DNA of 16,527 nucleotides from an uncultured archaeon (GCA_964473825.1 CAYYQL010000049.1:1-16527); one strand, 5' to 3'; shown: positions 7,038 to 15,564, counted from the first letter of the stretch. The notes: generated from the sequence alone by a model not told the origin. Program-made: numbers and translations.

Positions 7038-8501
7038 TTGTTCAGTCTACTAGACATTCGCGAGAGATTGGACAGGCCAGGATTGAGGACGTTGAATGAA
7101 GAGAATGTCACCACCATTTTCGACCGCCCGCGAGGACTTCGTTTTATCGGACTAACACAGATGCTCTTTGGGTTTCTTGGATTACTTGGAAGTATTGGGC
7201 TCATCTATGCATGGTATGTTGGTGTACTTGACCTTGTGGGGGTGGGACCGTTCTATGCCCTGGCCATGATTCTTGGGGTTGCTATACCCTGTCTTGTAAT
7301 AGGCAACTATGTCGACGATCTTCGTAGGAAGGCCGTCGGTGCTCAGATAGTCTATAGCCTGCTTGCGGTACTGCTCAGCATCTACTTCTTGATGTGGAGA
7401 GGCCTAAACTATCGATGGAGCGTTCCTTTCTTTGAGATGGCATACGTGGTGTACATCGGGAACTTGGCCGCTGCTATCCTCATTGTGGAAATGGCTTTTG
7501 CCCTTTACCTTATCCTCAACTGGGAACAAGTTGTACCACCGGAAGGGGCAGTGGTGGTGCGCGATAGGGCGCGAGCACGTGAACACAAGAAACGTCTGAT
7601 GCCCACTCCCATCAGCCCTGGTCTCATATCTCGGGATGGTTTCACTGAGGTACCTCCTGAAGAGAGGGAGAGGATTCTTGAGATTCGACGAATGACTACT
7701 GACGAGGGAATGGCAATCCTATGCTCAAACTGTGGGGGAGCAACCCCATTGACTGAAGCCAGGAAGGATAACACAGTGGAATGTGCATATTGTGGTGTGA
7801 GGCTCGGTCTGAGCAGTGTGTTCGTTCCGTGTGAGAATCATCCGAACTACCTTGCTGCAACAAAATGCTCTGTCTGTGGTGATTACTACTGTCGCAAATG
7901 CCTAACAGCACAAGAACCACCCGTGGACGAGAGATGGGAAGGATCAACAATATTCCTCTGCAAGAAGTGCTTTGAGGGAAGATATCGGCCGGCCGTGACA
8001 ACAACATCTTTAGTCATTCCGATTGATTCACTCTTTCAAAAGGCTGGTGGACGGTTTTCTCGGCTTGGAAAAATCTACAGGCGCTTTCTGGGTATGTATG
8101 GACGGTCCATGAGATGGGTAGTTCATCTCGCTGCACGGATGGCTGCAGCGATTCCTAAGTCTAGCGGTGGTGGCCGTGGGGGCGATGATGCAGCAGCAGC
8201 ACTGCTGGTGTTTGTTCTCATTGTTATCGCCATTCCTGTGGCAATTGGGGCCGTTCTCCTCGTTGCCGGCATCGTGATAATCCCGATACTCTTCTATGCA
8301 GGGCTCGTTGGTGTCACAATTGAGGCTGTACGAATAATAAGACGTACTGATTTCGTGTCGGTAGAAGAAGGGAGGGACATTGGTATAAGAAGGCACGAGA
8401 AGCCTGAGCAGAAGGAATCACCAATGAGAGGCGTTTCGAGAGAGTGGCAGCAACCCACCGCTGAAACAGTACCATCTGAAACTCGGCATAGGAGGGGCTA
8501 G
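7038..8501 (+). CDS. Multi-pass membrane protein with a central Zn-ribbon + B-box-like zinc finger and a C-terminal hydrophobic hairpin
   Basis: About 4 N-terminal TM segments, then CSNC..CAYC, CENHP..CSVC..CRKC..CKKC, then a Gly-rich linker and a ~45-aa hydrophobic stretch. Start uncertain (TTG at 7038, 7068 or 7092). Confidence 0.8.
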   Translation: MFSLLDIRERLDRPGLRTLNEENVTTIFDRPRGLRFIGLTQMLFGFLGLLGSIGLIYAWYVGVLDLVGVGPFYALAMILGVAIPCLVIGNYVDDLRRKAVGAQIVYSLLAVLLSIYFLMWRGLNYRWSVPFFEMAYVVYIGNLAAAILIVEMAFALYLILNWEQVVPPEGAVVVRDRARAREHKKRLMPTPISPGLISRDGFTEVPPEERERILEIRRMTTDEGMAILCSNCGGATPLTEARKDNTVECAYCGVRLGLSSVFVPCENHPNYLAATKCSVCGDYYCRKCLTAQEPPVDERWEGSTIFLCKKCFEGRYRPAVTTTSLVIPIDSLFQKAGGRFSRLGKIYRRFLGMYGRSMRWVVHLAARMAAAIPKSSGGGRGGDDAAAALLVFVLIVIAIPVAIGAVLLVAGIVIIPILFYAGLVGVTIEAVRIIRRTDFVSVEEGRDIGIRRHEKPEQKESPMRGVSREWQQPTAETVPSETRHRRG

Positions 8502-8502
8502 A

Positions 8503-9330
8503 ATGGAAACAATGCGAGAAACAATTCTGTGTCCTGTTTGTGGCGGCAGAATCGCTTTTGTCTACCGAGATGAAGTTAATCGATGTGAGTATTGCGGGAG
8601 TCCTGTCCTCGGCGCGGATCAAGACAGGAACTGTGAAAACCATCCCGAGCAGTTGGCAAAGGGAGTATGCCATGTCTGTGACAAACTCATTTGTGAAGGA
8701 TGCATGGAGCGGCGAGTGGGCGACTATGGAGGCAAGCTTCTGACTATTGTGAACTGTACCAGCCCTGCCTGTGTCCTACAAAGTGAGTGGGCACGACCCC
8801 ACAACGAAGAACTTGAGCGGTTGATAGACTTCGAATGGGCCGACAGAATTGACAATCTCATCTTCAGAATGACCGGTCTTGGAGCTGTGCTGATGATGGT
8901 CTTTGAGCTAGTCTTCGTGTTGGCCCTGCTCTACATTCAGTATCTGACACCTTTCGGCTGGAGTGACCTGAACATGCCATACATCATCTTGCGGGGAGAC
9001 ATTGTGATAGTCCTGAGTATACTCGGCAATCTCCTCTCTGCGATGATATTACAGACCGCCCTGCAGGTCTATGCACATGAGAGACAGCTCACCTCTGGGA
9101 TTGTGCTTCTCTTCCTGATAATCGTCCAGGCCGCGTTTCTCTTGTTTCGAGGGCTCTATTTCGGTCTAAGATCACATCCGAACCCACTGCTCGTACCCAT
9201 GCTGCTTGCTGGCTTTCTGTTTGCGACAATTCTTGTATTCGTTGGCTCCCTTATGGCTATCCGTGTTGGTCTCAAGAAGAGATCTCAAGTCAAAGACGCA
9301 TATGCCAGACTTGGTCTCAGGGAACGATAA
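8503..9330 (+). CDS. Membrane protein with an N-terminal Zn-ribbon + B-box-like zinc finger and ~4 C-terminal TM helices
   Basis: CPVC..CEYC, CENHP..CHVC..CEGC..CTSPAC, then four hydrophobic segments. ATG is 1 nt after the upstream TAG, with an AGGAGG SD. Confidence 0.82.
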   Translation: METMRETILCPVCGGRIAFVYRDEVNRCEYCGSPVLGADQDRNCENHPEQLAKGVCHVCDKLICEGCMERRVGDYGGKLLTIVNCTSPACVLQSEWARPHNEELERLIDFEWADRIDNLIFRMTGLGAVLMMVFELVFVLALLYIQYLTPFGWSDLNMPYIILRGDIVIVLSILGNLLSAMILQTALQVYAHERQLTSGIVLLFLIIVQAAFLLFRGLYFGLRSHPNPLLVPMLLAGFLFATILVFVGSLMAIRVGLKKRSQVKDAYARLGLRER

Positions 9331-9337
9331 TTCTCTC

Positions 9338-11107
9338 CTAAGCCGACGGCACATCGAAGAGATCGATCAATCTGAATCGGTTTACATCCACGAGCCCCAA
9401 GTCAGTGATTTTGAGATGCGGAATAACAGGCAGACTCAAGAAAGCCATTGACATGAAAGGCTCCTCTAATTCTGCGCCTAGTTCGTCAGCTGCATCACGA
9501 AGCTTCTTCAGTTTCTCGCTCACTTCTTCTATCGATTTGTCTGACATTAGACCTGCAATCGGGAGAGGCAGGGCCTCAAGCACTTCTCCATCGCGAATGA
9601 GAGCAATGCCTCCTTGCATACGAGTGATATGGACAGCAGCCTCCATCATGTCCGTGTCATTTGTTCCTACAGTAACTATGTTATGACTGTCGTGTGCAAT
9701 TGATGACGCCATCGCCCCGGTCTTCAATCCCGTCCCCTTCACAAAACCGAAAGCACGTGGAGGAGTCGCATTGTGCCGCTCTATGACCGCAACCTTAGCT
9801 AGGTCTCTATCGATGTCTGGAACTGCCAAAGCACCGTCCATATGGGTGTCTTCGACTAGGTGTTCTGTTACAATCTGATTGGGAATCATTCCGATGACAT
9901 TCATCTGGTCACCCTTGGCCTTTATTTGGAAATCTTCAGGTTCGAGCCAATGGATGTTTACTGACCTTCTGAGGCGGGGTTGTTCCTGAGCACCAAATTC
10001 CTGGACCATCTTTCCGTCCTTGGCAACGAGAACTCCTTGTTTGAAGACCATCTCGACATTTACATTTTCTAAAGAGTCAAGGACTGAGATGTCTGCATGA
10101 TACCCGGGAGCAACGGCTCCAACATATTGCAGGCCGTAGTGACGGGCTGTTGAGAGCGTGGCCACTCTGATTGCCAGCATCGGGTCAAGTCCAGACTGAA
10201 CTGCATTCCTCACCATGCTATCAATATGCCCCTTCTCAAGAAGATCTAATGTGTTTCTGTCATCTGTAACGAAACTTACGAAGTCTGCCGTTTCCGGCCG
10301 AATAATGCCAATGAGATCTTGAAGGTTCTTTGCAGTTGAGCCTTCTCTGATGTGGATGTGCATACCTCTCGCGAGTTTTCGCTCAGCTTCTTCGAGCTCA
10401 GTACATTCGTGTTCGCTTGTTATTCGAGCTGCGCAATATGCATTCAAGTCATGCCCTGCAATACCTGGAGCATGACCGTCAATCCTCTTGCCCATCTGTA
10501 GAGCTACACGTATCTTTTCGAGGATTTCAGGTTCTCGAAACACGACACCTTGGTAGTTCATAGCCTCGGCTAGTCCAAGCACATACTGCTCTGTCATTAG
10601 TGGCTGAATATCCAGAAAATCAAGTGCAACTCCATTTGTCTCCAAATCTGTCGACGGAACGCAAGATGGCAGCATGACATAAAAGTCGAGAGGGCCACCT
10701 CTCATGCTCTTGCTCATGTACATTATTCCCTCCATGCCGAGAACATTGGCTATCTCATGGGGGTCTGCGATTACAGCGCCTGTCCCATGAGGCACTACAG
10801 CCCGTGCATACTGTATTGGCATCACCATTGACGACTCAACGTGAACATGCCCATCGATGAATGAAGGAACCACATACTTTCCCTTGACATCAATGATATT
10901 GCTCCCTACGTACTCACCAATCCCAGCTATGTAGTTTCCATGAATTGCCACATCCCCCTCTTCTATCTCGCCCGTGAAAACATTGACCACGGATGCGTTC
11001 CTTAAGACCAAGTCTGCACGTGTTCTTGCGGATGCAACATCGATCATCTCATCAAGGGGATACTCTGCAGGTCGTGACAGAAACAAAGCATGGTTCTCCT
11101 TACTCAT
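9338..11107 (-). CDS. ade: Adenine deaminase (AdeC, amidohydrolase superfamily)
   Basis: FIDGHVHVESS, DPHEIANVLG, PSCVP, DGHAP, EHEC, IREGS, VTDD, IERH, SIAHDSHN, LPLPIAGLMS, LSLPVIPHLKITDLGLVDV; typical length. Confidence 0.95.
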   Translation of the reverse strand: MSKENHALFLSRPAEYPLDEMIDVASARTRADLVLRNASVVNVFTGEIEEGDVAIHGNYIAGIGEYVGSNIIDVKGKYVVPSFIDGHVHVESSMVMPIQYARAVVPHGTGAVIADPHEIANVLGMEGIMYMSKSMRGGPLDFYVMLPSCVPSTDLETNGVALDFLDIQPLMTEQYVLGLAEAMNYQGVVFREPEILEKIRVALQMGKRIDGHAPGIAGHDLNAYCAARITSEHECTELEEAERKLARGMHIHIREGSTAKNLQDLIGIIRPETADFVSFVTDDRNTLDLLEKGHIDSMVRNAVQSGLDPMLAIRVATLSTARHYGLQYVGAVAPGYHADISVLDSLENVNVEMVFKQGVLVAKDGKMVQEFGAQEQPRLRRSVNIHWLEPEDFQIKAKGDQMNVIGMIPNQIVTEHLVEDTHMDGALAVPDIDRDLAKVAVIERHNATPPRAFGFVKGTGLKTGAMASSIAHDSHNIVTVGTNDTDMMEAAVHITRMQGGIALIRDGEVLEALPLPIAGLMSDKSIEEVSEKLKKLRDAADELGAELEEPFMSMAFLSLPVIPHLKITDLGLVDVNRFRLIDLFDVPSA

Positions 11108-11242
11108 TTCCTACATCTTTGTGGTAGCCAGTGAAAAGGCTTTCCAAATAGCCTCCTGTTGTCTGACGATTGACCAACCGCATCTCTCGCTCCTATCAAC
11201 AGACTTATGTGAAAGTTCATCATAGTTAATCTGGTGTAAAGA

Positions 11243-11353
11243 ATGAACAAAGACAAATTGGAGTGCCAGTTTTGTGGCGAAACGTTCAACTCGAAAGAAG
11301 AAATGAAGAAACATGCCACCAAGCACCACCAGGAACGCATGAAGACCGAATAA
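11243..11353 (+). CDS. 36-aa single C2H2 zinc-finger microprotein
   Basis: Below the ORF-track cutoff. MNKDKLECQFCGETFNSKEEMKKHATKHHQERMKTE* fits C-x2-C-x3-F-x5-hydrophobic-x2-H-x3/4-H exactly. GGTG SD-like motif at 11233-11236. Confidence 0.85.
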   Translation: MNKDKLECQFCGETFNSKEEMKKHATKHHQERMKTE

Positions 11354-11442
11354 TGGCCATCGGTGTATCTCGCTATTTGCTATATGACACAATCTGCTTT
11401 TATGCAGAGGTAGCATAGTCTGTTTGTAAGAAAGCAGACTAT

Positions 11443-12225
11443 GTGGTATCCATGTTGTGCTCAGACACTCAGGCTTCTTGTGCCTATCAGCTGATTCCTA
11501 TAAGATTTGCAGAACAAGTCATCGAAGATGATGACTTGACAGATATCCTTCTGAAGAGTGCAAGCAGAAGAGCAACGCCGATTCAACGCGGAGATATTCT
11601 TGTCATAGCCGCATCAGTTGTATCGAAGGCAGAGGGCAGGTCTGTACCGCTGGTTGGCGTTGCACCCTCGATGAAGGCCAAGACTATCGGCACTCGTCTG
11701 GGAATTGATCCTCGCAAAGTAGAGGTTGCTCTTGATGATGCTGTACGAATTGTAAGGTCAGACAAAGTATTGATAACTAAGAGATCCGACGGGCTCATCA
11801 CGGATATGAGTGGAATCGACGAGAGCAATGCTCCGACAGGCTACGTGCTACAGCTCCCTGGGAACCCTGATGCTTCAGCTGCAAGTATCCATCACGATAT
11901 CAAGAAGCTAACCGGTCTGCATATACCTATAATCATCAGCGATACTCAGGGCAGGCCATGGAGACTTGGTGCTGTGGGAGTAGCCATCGGAGTCGTGGGG
12001 ATGTCACCATTCATGCCGCATGCCGGCAAGACAGACCTGTTTGGAAATGTGCTTCGTGGATCCTTGGAATGTCTTGCTGATGAACTAGCGGCCGCGAGTG
12101 GACTGGCAATGGGTCAGGGCGGAGAAGGCGTACCTGCTGTGATTGTCAGAGGTGTCGACTACAGCCTTGTCGAAAGTGAAACAGTAGGAATTGCAAGGAT
12201 CGATACAGAGAATCTCTTCCTTTAG
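11443..12225 (+). CDS. cofE: Coenzyme F420-0:L-glutamate ligase
   Basis: GDILVIA..VSKAEG, GIDESN, LPGNPDASA, IISDTQGRPWRLG, DLFG, ADELAAA..MGQ..EGVPAVIVRG. Start codon uncertain. Confidence 0.9.
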   Translation: MVSMLCSDTQASCAYQLIPIRFAEQVIEDDDLTDILLKSASRRATPIQRGDILVIAASVVSKAEGRSVPLVGVAPSMKAKTIGTRLGIDPRKVEVALDDAVRIVRSDKVLITKRSDGLITDMSGIDESNAPTGYVLQLPGNPDASAASIHHDIKKLTGLHIPIIISDTQGRPWRLGAVGVAIGVVGMSPFMPHAGKTDLFGNVLRGSLECLADELAAASGLAMGQGGEGVPAVIVRGVDYSLVESETVGIARIDTENLFL

Positions 12226-12262
12226 GTCTCAGAGAGAGGAAAGGATGAAATCATTCACGTTT

Positions 12263-12946
12263 CTACATTTCTTGGACGAGCGATTGCTGAAGCTTCAAGC
12301 TGGCCTGATTTCCTTCTTCTTTTCCAGGTCTGGTTCGTCCCCATGGGGCGTGGAGGAAATGGATTGCGTGGGGGCGTGTGTTCTTATTGATGTGAACATA
12401 GCCAGTCTTGTCCAATAGGCGCACGAGCTTGCGGGTTTCTTTTATGCTATGATCAGCCGCTGCAGACAGTTCTTTGTAGGTTGTTTCGCCTTTATTCATG
12501 ATTATTGTTAGAAGGTTAAACTCTGGCATAGACAAGATGGTGTTTCGGAGAGACTCGTTTTCTCTTCTGAGCGAATCCTCGTCAACCGATAGTATCCTTT
12601 CTATCCTTTCTTCTAGATGATCTATTTGCTGGACCAGCCTGGATCGTTCTGCTTCGAATCTTCCTATGAGTCCGCTAGACTCGTGGGTGAGCTGTGCACT
12701 TAGGTCTTCTCCAAATCCATCAATGGCCTCTCTGGCCGCAAGGCGTGACTCTTTCAGTATACCTCCGATATCATCAGAGTTCAGCCATTGACCTTCGACA
12801 AGCTGTCCCAACTGAGAAAAATACGCATCAAGTCTTCTGACCCACAAGTCTCGCGCCTCTTGAAAGGCTCCTGCAACCTTGAGTGTCAGTCTTGCTGAAG
12901 TGTCATCTGGAGCAGTCATTGTCACACCTAGTATCTCTGACGACAT
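12263..12946 (-). CDS. Helical/coiled-coil protein with a C-terminal winged helix-turn-helix domain
   Basis: Heptad segment FEAERSRLVQQIDHLEERIERIL...LRRENESLRNTI, then LLTIIMNKGETTYKELSAAADHSIKETRKLVRLLDKTGYVHI, which is a wHTH pattern. Confidence 0.7.
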   Translation of the reverse strand: MSSEILGVTMTAPDDTSARLTLKVAGAFQEARDLWVRRLDAYFSQLGQLVEGQWLNSDDIGGILKESRLAAREAIDGFGEDLSAQLTHESSGLIGRFEAERSRLVQQIDHLEERIERILSVDEDSLRRENESLRNTILSMPEFNLLTIIMNKGETTYKELSAAADHSIKETRKLVRLLDKTGYVHINKNTRPHAIHFLHAPWGRTRPGKEEGNQASLKLQQSLVQEM

Positions 12947-12992
12947 CCATGCAATTTAGACCTAGTATTGCAGAGATATGATAGCATCGGGC

Positions 12993-14378
12993 TCATGAAG
13001 CCAGAATGTAGTACTTGAGAACAAAATCAGCTAGGCTCTTTGAGATGTTAGGACCCTCATCTTGAAACTCTCGAAACGACGGGACATCAACTTTTTGCAC
13101 ATAGATGCCTGCCATTGCAAGAGCTTCTCTCAATCGGTTGAATAGCTCCTCACTTATCCGCACTTCTTTGATTCCAAGTTCTTGACACATTCGAAACCCA
13201 TACTCCGAGAGCATCAAGCAGCCTATGCTAGCATACCCCTCATGAACTGGGACTCGCATGCGTTCTATCTCTTCCTTTCGTGCATCAACAGCTTCGGAAG
13301 CCAGACTCAGAAATCCATTGGCAATGAGGTCATCAATGCTCATGAATAGCGTCGAGCCCCCAGCACTCACTTGTTTCTGCAATAACTCAGCAGCATTCTC
13401 AGAGATGTTCCGCAGTAATTCCTCAAGAGTATTGGACGACTCTACGGAGTTTAGCAGATCGAAGGGCGGGCCATCATAACCAGAAATCCAATCAAGCCCG
13501 AGTCCCTCCATCATCCCTTTCTGTGCATGGAACCAATAGCTACTATCGATGTGTTTCAAACTCTTCTTCAATCGACTGACTAAAGAGCCGATGAATTCTT
13601 CTCGCCATTGCTCATAGCGAATCCAATGCATTCTCTCGGCCAAGAATGAACCAAGCCATAGCACAGGAGGTTTTGGTGCGGCTTTGGGTGCAGAGGTTAT
13701 GACATTCTTGCTGCTCTGCACCTGGCTCAATGCAATATGCTTGAAGAGTGCTTCTGCGTGAAGCATGTCGTTTGGACCTACAATAACACTCTCAAGAGTT
13801 GTAGACCAGAACAAAGGCGTCAGGTCAAGTGTCATGCTCTCTTGAGCACCTATGTGTCGACTTCTTTGCTCCTTGGAAGCAGAAGAAACTGGCTGGGTGT
13901 CAATGGACGCCGCAATTGGTTTGAATGTCAGAATCAGCTCTCTGAGCTCAGGCATATTGCCCACCACTCTTAGGTCGAGATTGGTGAATGGGTTTCCACC
14001 AATGTTGATTTCCTCAAGGTGGACACAGCTTTGCAGTGGTGCCAGATCCAATGTCCTGAGCTGATTGTTACTCAAGTCCAATCGTTTCAGCCAATCACAA
14101 GAGGTCAGCGGTTTCAGGTCAATCGTTCTGAGCTCATTGCCACGTAATGTTAGAGATTCCAGTCGTACAAAATCACTGAGCGGCGAGAGATCGATTTCCT
14201 CCAGCTGGTTTTCGTAGAGCCAGAGGATTCTGATGTATCGAGGATCGGAAATGCTCGAGAGGTCAACCGAGCGTGCGCCCATCATCCCAAAGTATACCAC
14301 ATTTCCGCGAATCGCTTTCGTTGCCGTAGAACCGTCCGTCTTTGTGTATTCCAAGAGGTTATCACGCAAAGGTAGCAC
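12993..14378 (-). CDS. Leucine-rich repeat protein (22-aa internalin-like repeats) with an uncharacterised C-terminal domain
   Basis: About five LxxLxLxxNxLxxIDLxPL repeats, N-terminal YTKTDG cap, C-terminal helical domain with LGL...GYDG and GGSTLF motifs. GTG start, no signal peptide. Confidence 0.88.
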   Translation of the reverse strand: MLPLRDNLLEYTKTDGSTATKAIRGNVVYFGMMGARSVDLSSISDPRYIRILWLYENQLEEIDLSPLSDFVRLESLTLRGNELRTIDLKPLTSCDWLKRLDLSNNQLRTLDLAPLQSCVHLEEINIGGNPFTNLDLRVVGNMPELRELILTFKPIAASIDTQPVSSASKEQRSRHIGAQESMTLDLTPLFWSTTLESVIVGPNDMLHAEALFKHIALSQVQSSKNVITSAPKAAPKPPVLWLGSFLAERMHWIRYEQWREEFIGSLVSRLKKSLKHIDSSYWFHAQKGMMEGLGLDWISGYDGPPFDLLNSVESSNTLEELLRNISENAAELLQKQVSAGGSTLFMSIDDLIANGFLSLASEAVDARKEEIERMRVPVHEGYASIGCLMLSEYGFRMCQELGIKEVRISEELFNRLREALAMAGIYVQKVDVPSFREFQDEGPNISKSLADFVLKYYILAS

Positions 14379-14510
14379 TCTCCGGTTCCGTCATGCAAGA
14401 GTCTTGAGCTCCATTCAATCTAACATCTTACCGAGTCTGTCTAGTACTTGGAGATTACTTATTGTTATTGAACCGGAATTCTTTTCTGTTGATTTGCTGG
14501 AGAGAAGACC

Positions 14511-14810
14511 ATGTCCACAGCGGATTACATAGCAGAGGTTAGAAGGGCCATCAGAGACCTCGTCGAGGCAAGCATGAAGGATTCAGAGGCAGACATCAAG
14601 CGTGACTCAGAGAAAGCAACTCAAAAGATACGTGCTGTCATAATAGACATCGTGGAAGAGAGCAGAGGAAAACTCGTCGGTTCTGAATCTAGGATTGCTC
14701 TAGATGAAGTAGCACATATGTTGGGCTACACCAATGGGATGAGCCTCATGATTGCATTTGATGTGAGGCCAAGACCGAAACCGGACCATGTTCCGCCACC
14801 ACCACCGTAG
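14511..14810 (+). CDS. Hypothetical 99-aa helical protein with a proline-rich C-terminus
   Basis: ATG preceded by GGAG. Charged amphipathic helical composition, ending RPRPKPDHVPPPPP. Fills the gap between the two LRR genes and converges with the next gene 6 nt away. Confidence 0.7.
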   Translation: MSTADYIAEVRRAIRDLVEASMKDSEADIKRDSEKATQKIRAVIIDIVEESRGKLVGSESRIALDEVAHMLGYTNGMSLMIAFDVRPRPKPDHVPPPPP

Positions 14811-14816
14811 GTTGGC

Positions 14817-15506
14817 TTACGACCACTCCACCCGTCCTAGATGCTGAGTCATACCTGGAGCAACATAGGATAGCTGCTTCATTTTGGGATTGGCAACGAG
14901 ATTTGTATGTTCATCTATGGTGACCTTCTCCAAGTCTTCAAGGTGTAGAAGAGGCGAGATGTCGAGGCTCTCCAAGGAGTTGTCGTGAAGAAAGAGGTAT
15001 TTTAGCGACTTGCACCTTGATAAGGGTGCTAGATCGAGGTGTTGAAGTCTGTTACCAGACAGAACCAGATAGTTGAGATCCAGACATCTTTCAAATGACC
15101 GCAGATCAAAACTAATCAATTCATTGTCTGAAACATAGAACATTCTCAGAGTTGAGAATTCTGGAAAAGGCTTCATGTCCATTTGCTGAATCTTGTTCTT
15201 TGACAGGTCAATTGCTTCGATCTTCTTCGATTCACATATCGGTTCTAAACATACATAATCCAAGTTATTATCTGAGAGATTCAGTGTTCGCAGGGTCGAG
15301 AGGTGGCTCAAAGGTTCCAAGTCAATCTCCAATAGATCATTCTGGGACAAATCTAGCTCCTCGAGCTCTTGAAACCCGGCCAAGGGCTCCAGTGCAATAT
15401 CTGCGATATCGAGTCCACAGAGATCCATGTTTCTAATGTCCGTACTTCGTCTCATCTCAAGGCTTTCACCCTGTGATGTTATGTACCCAAATACCGCTTG
15501 GCTCAG
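14817..15506 (-). CDS. Leucine-rich repeat protein (22-aa repeats); ORF-track start at 15455, probable CTG start at 15506
   Basis: About seven LxxLxLxxNxLxxxDLxPL repeats. The frame stays open 17 codons upstream of ATG 15455 (LSQAVFGYITSQGESLE), supplying a Y..G cap like the paralogue's YTKTDG. Confidence 0.85.
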   Translation of the reverse strand: MSQAVFGYITSQGESLEMRRSTDIRNMDLCGLDIADIALEPLAGFQELEELDLSQNDLLEIDLEPLSHLSTLRTLNLSDNNLDYVCLEPICESKKIEAIDLSKNKIQQMDMKPFPEFSTLRMFYVSDNELISFDLRSFERCLDLNYLVLSGNRLQHLDLAPLSRCKSLKYLFLHDNSLESLDISPLLHLEDLEKVTIDEHTNLVANPKMKQLSYVAPGMTQHLGRVEWS

Positions 15507-15564
15507 AGTGGTGCACCCTCACATGTATAGAACTGAGGTTGGCAATGTACGCAAAGACTATTGA

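Noticed and set aside
6835-7204. ORFs 6835-7053 (+) and 6983-7204 (-)
   Set aside because: They conflict with the more protein-like Cys-string microprotein and the zinc-finger membrane gene, and have no motifs.
8028-8396. Minus-strand ORF containing QQCCCC
   Set aside because: The Cys run is just the antisense of the GCA (poly-Ala) codons in the plus-strand membrane protein.
10974-11416. ORFs 10974-11225 (+), 11104-11340 (-) and 11111-11416 (-)
   Set aside because: They overlap the ade start or are antisense to the C2H2 microprotein, which has an exact family motif.
12993-15455. 66-nt periodicity in the LRR genes considered as a CRISPR array or DNA tandem repeat
   Set aside because: The repeats are degenerate at DNA level and explained by protein LRR units; there are no identical direct repeats with spacers.
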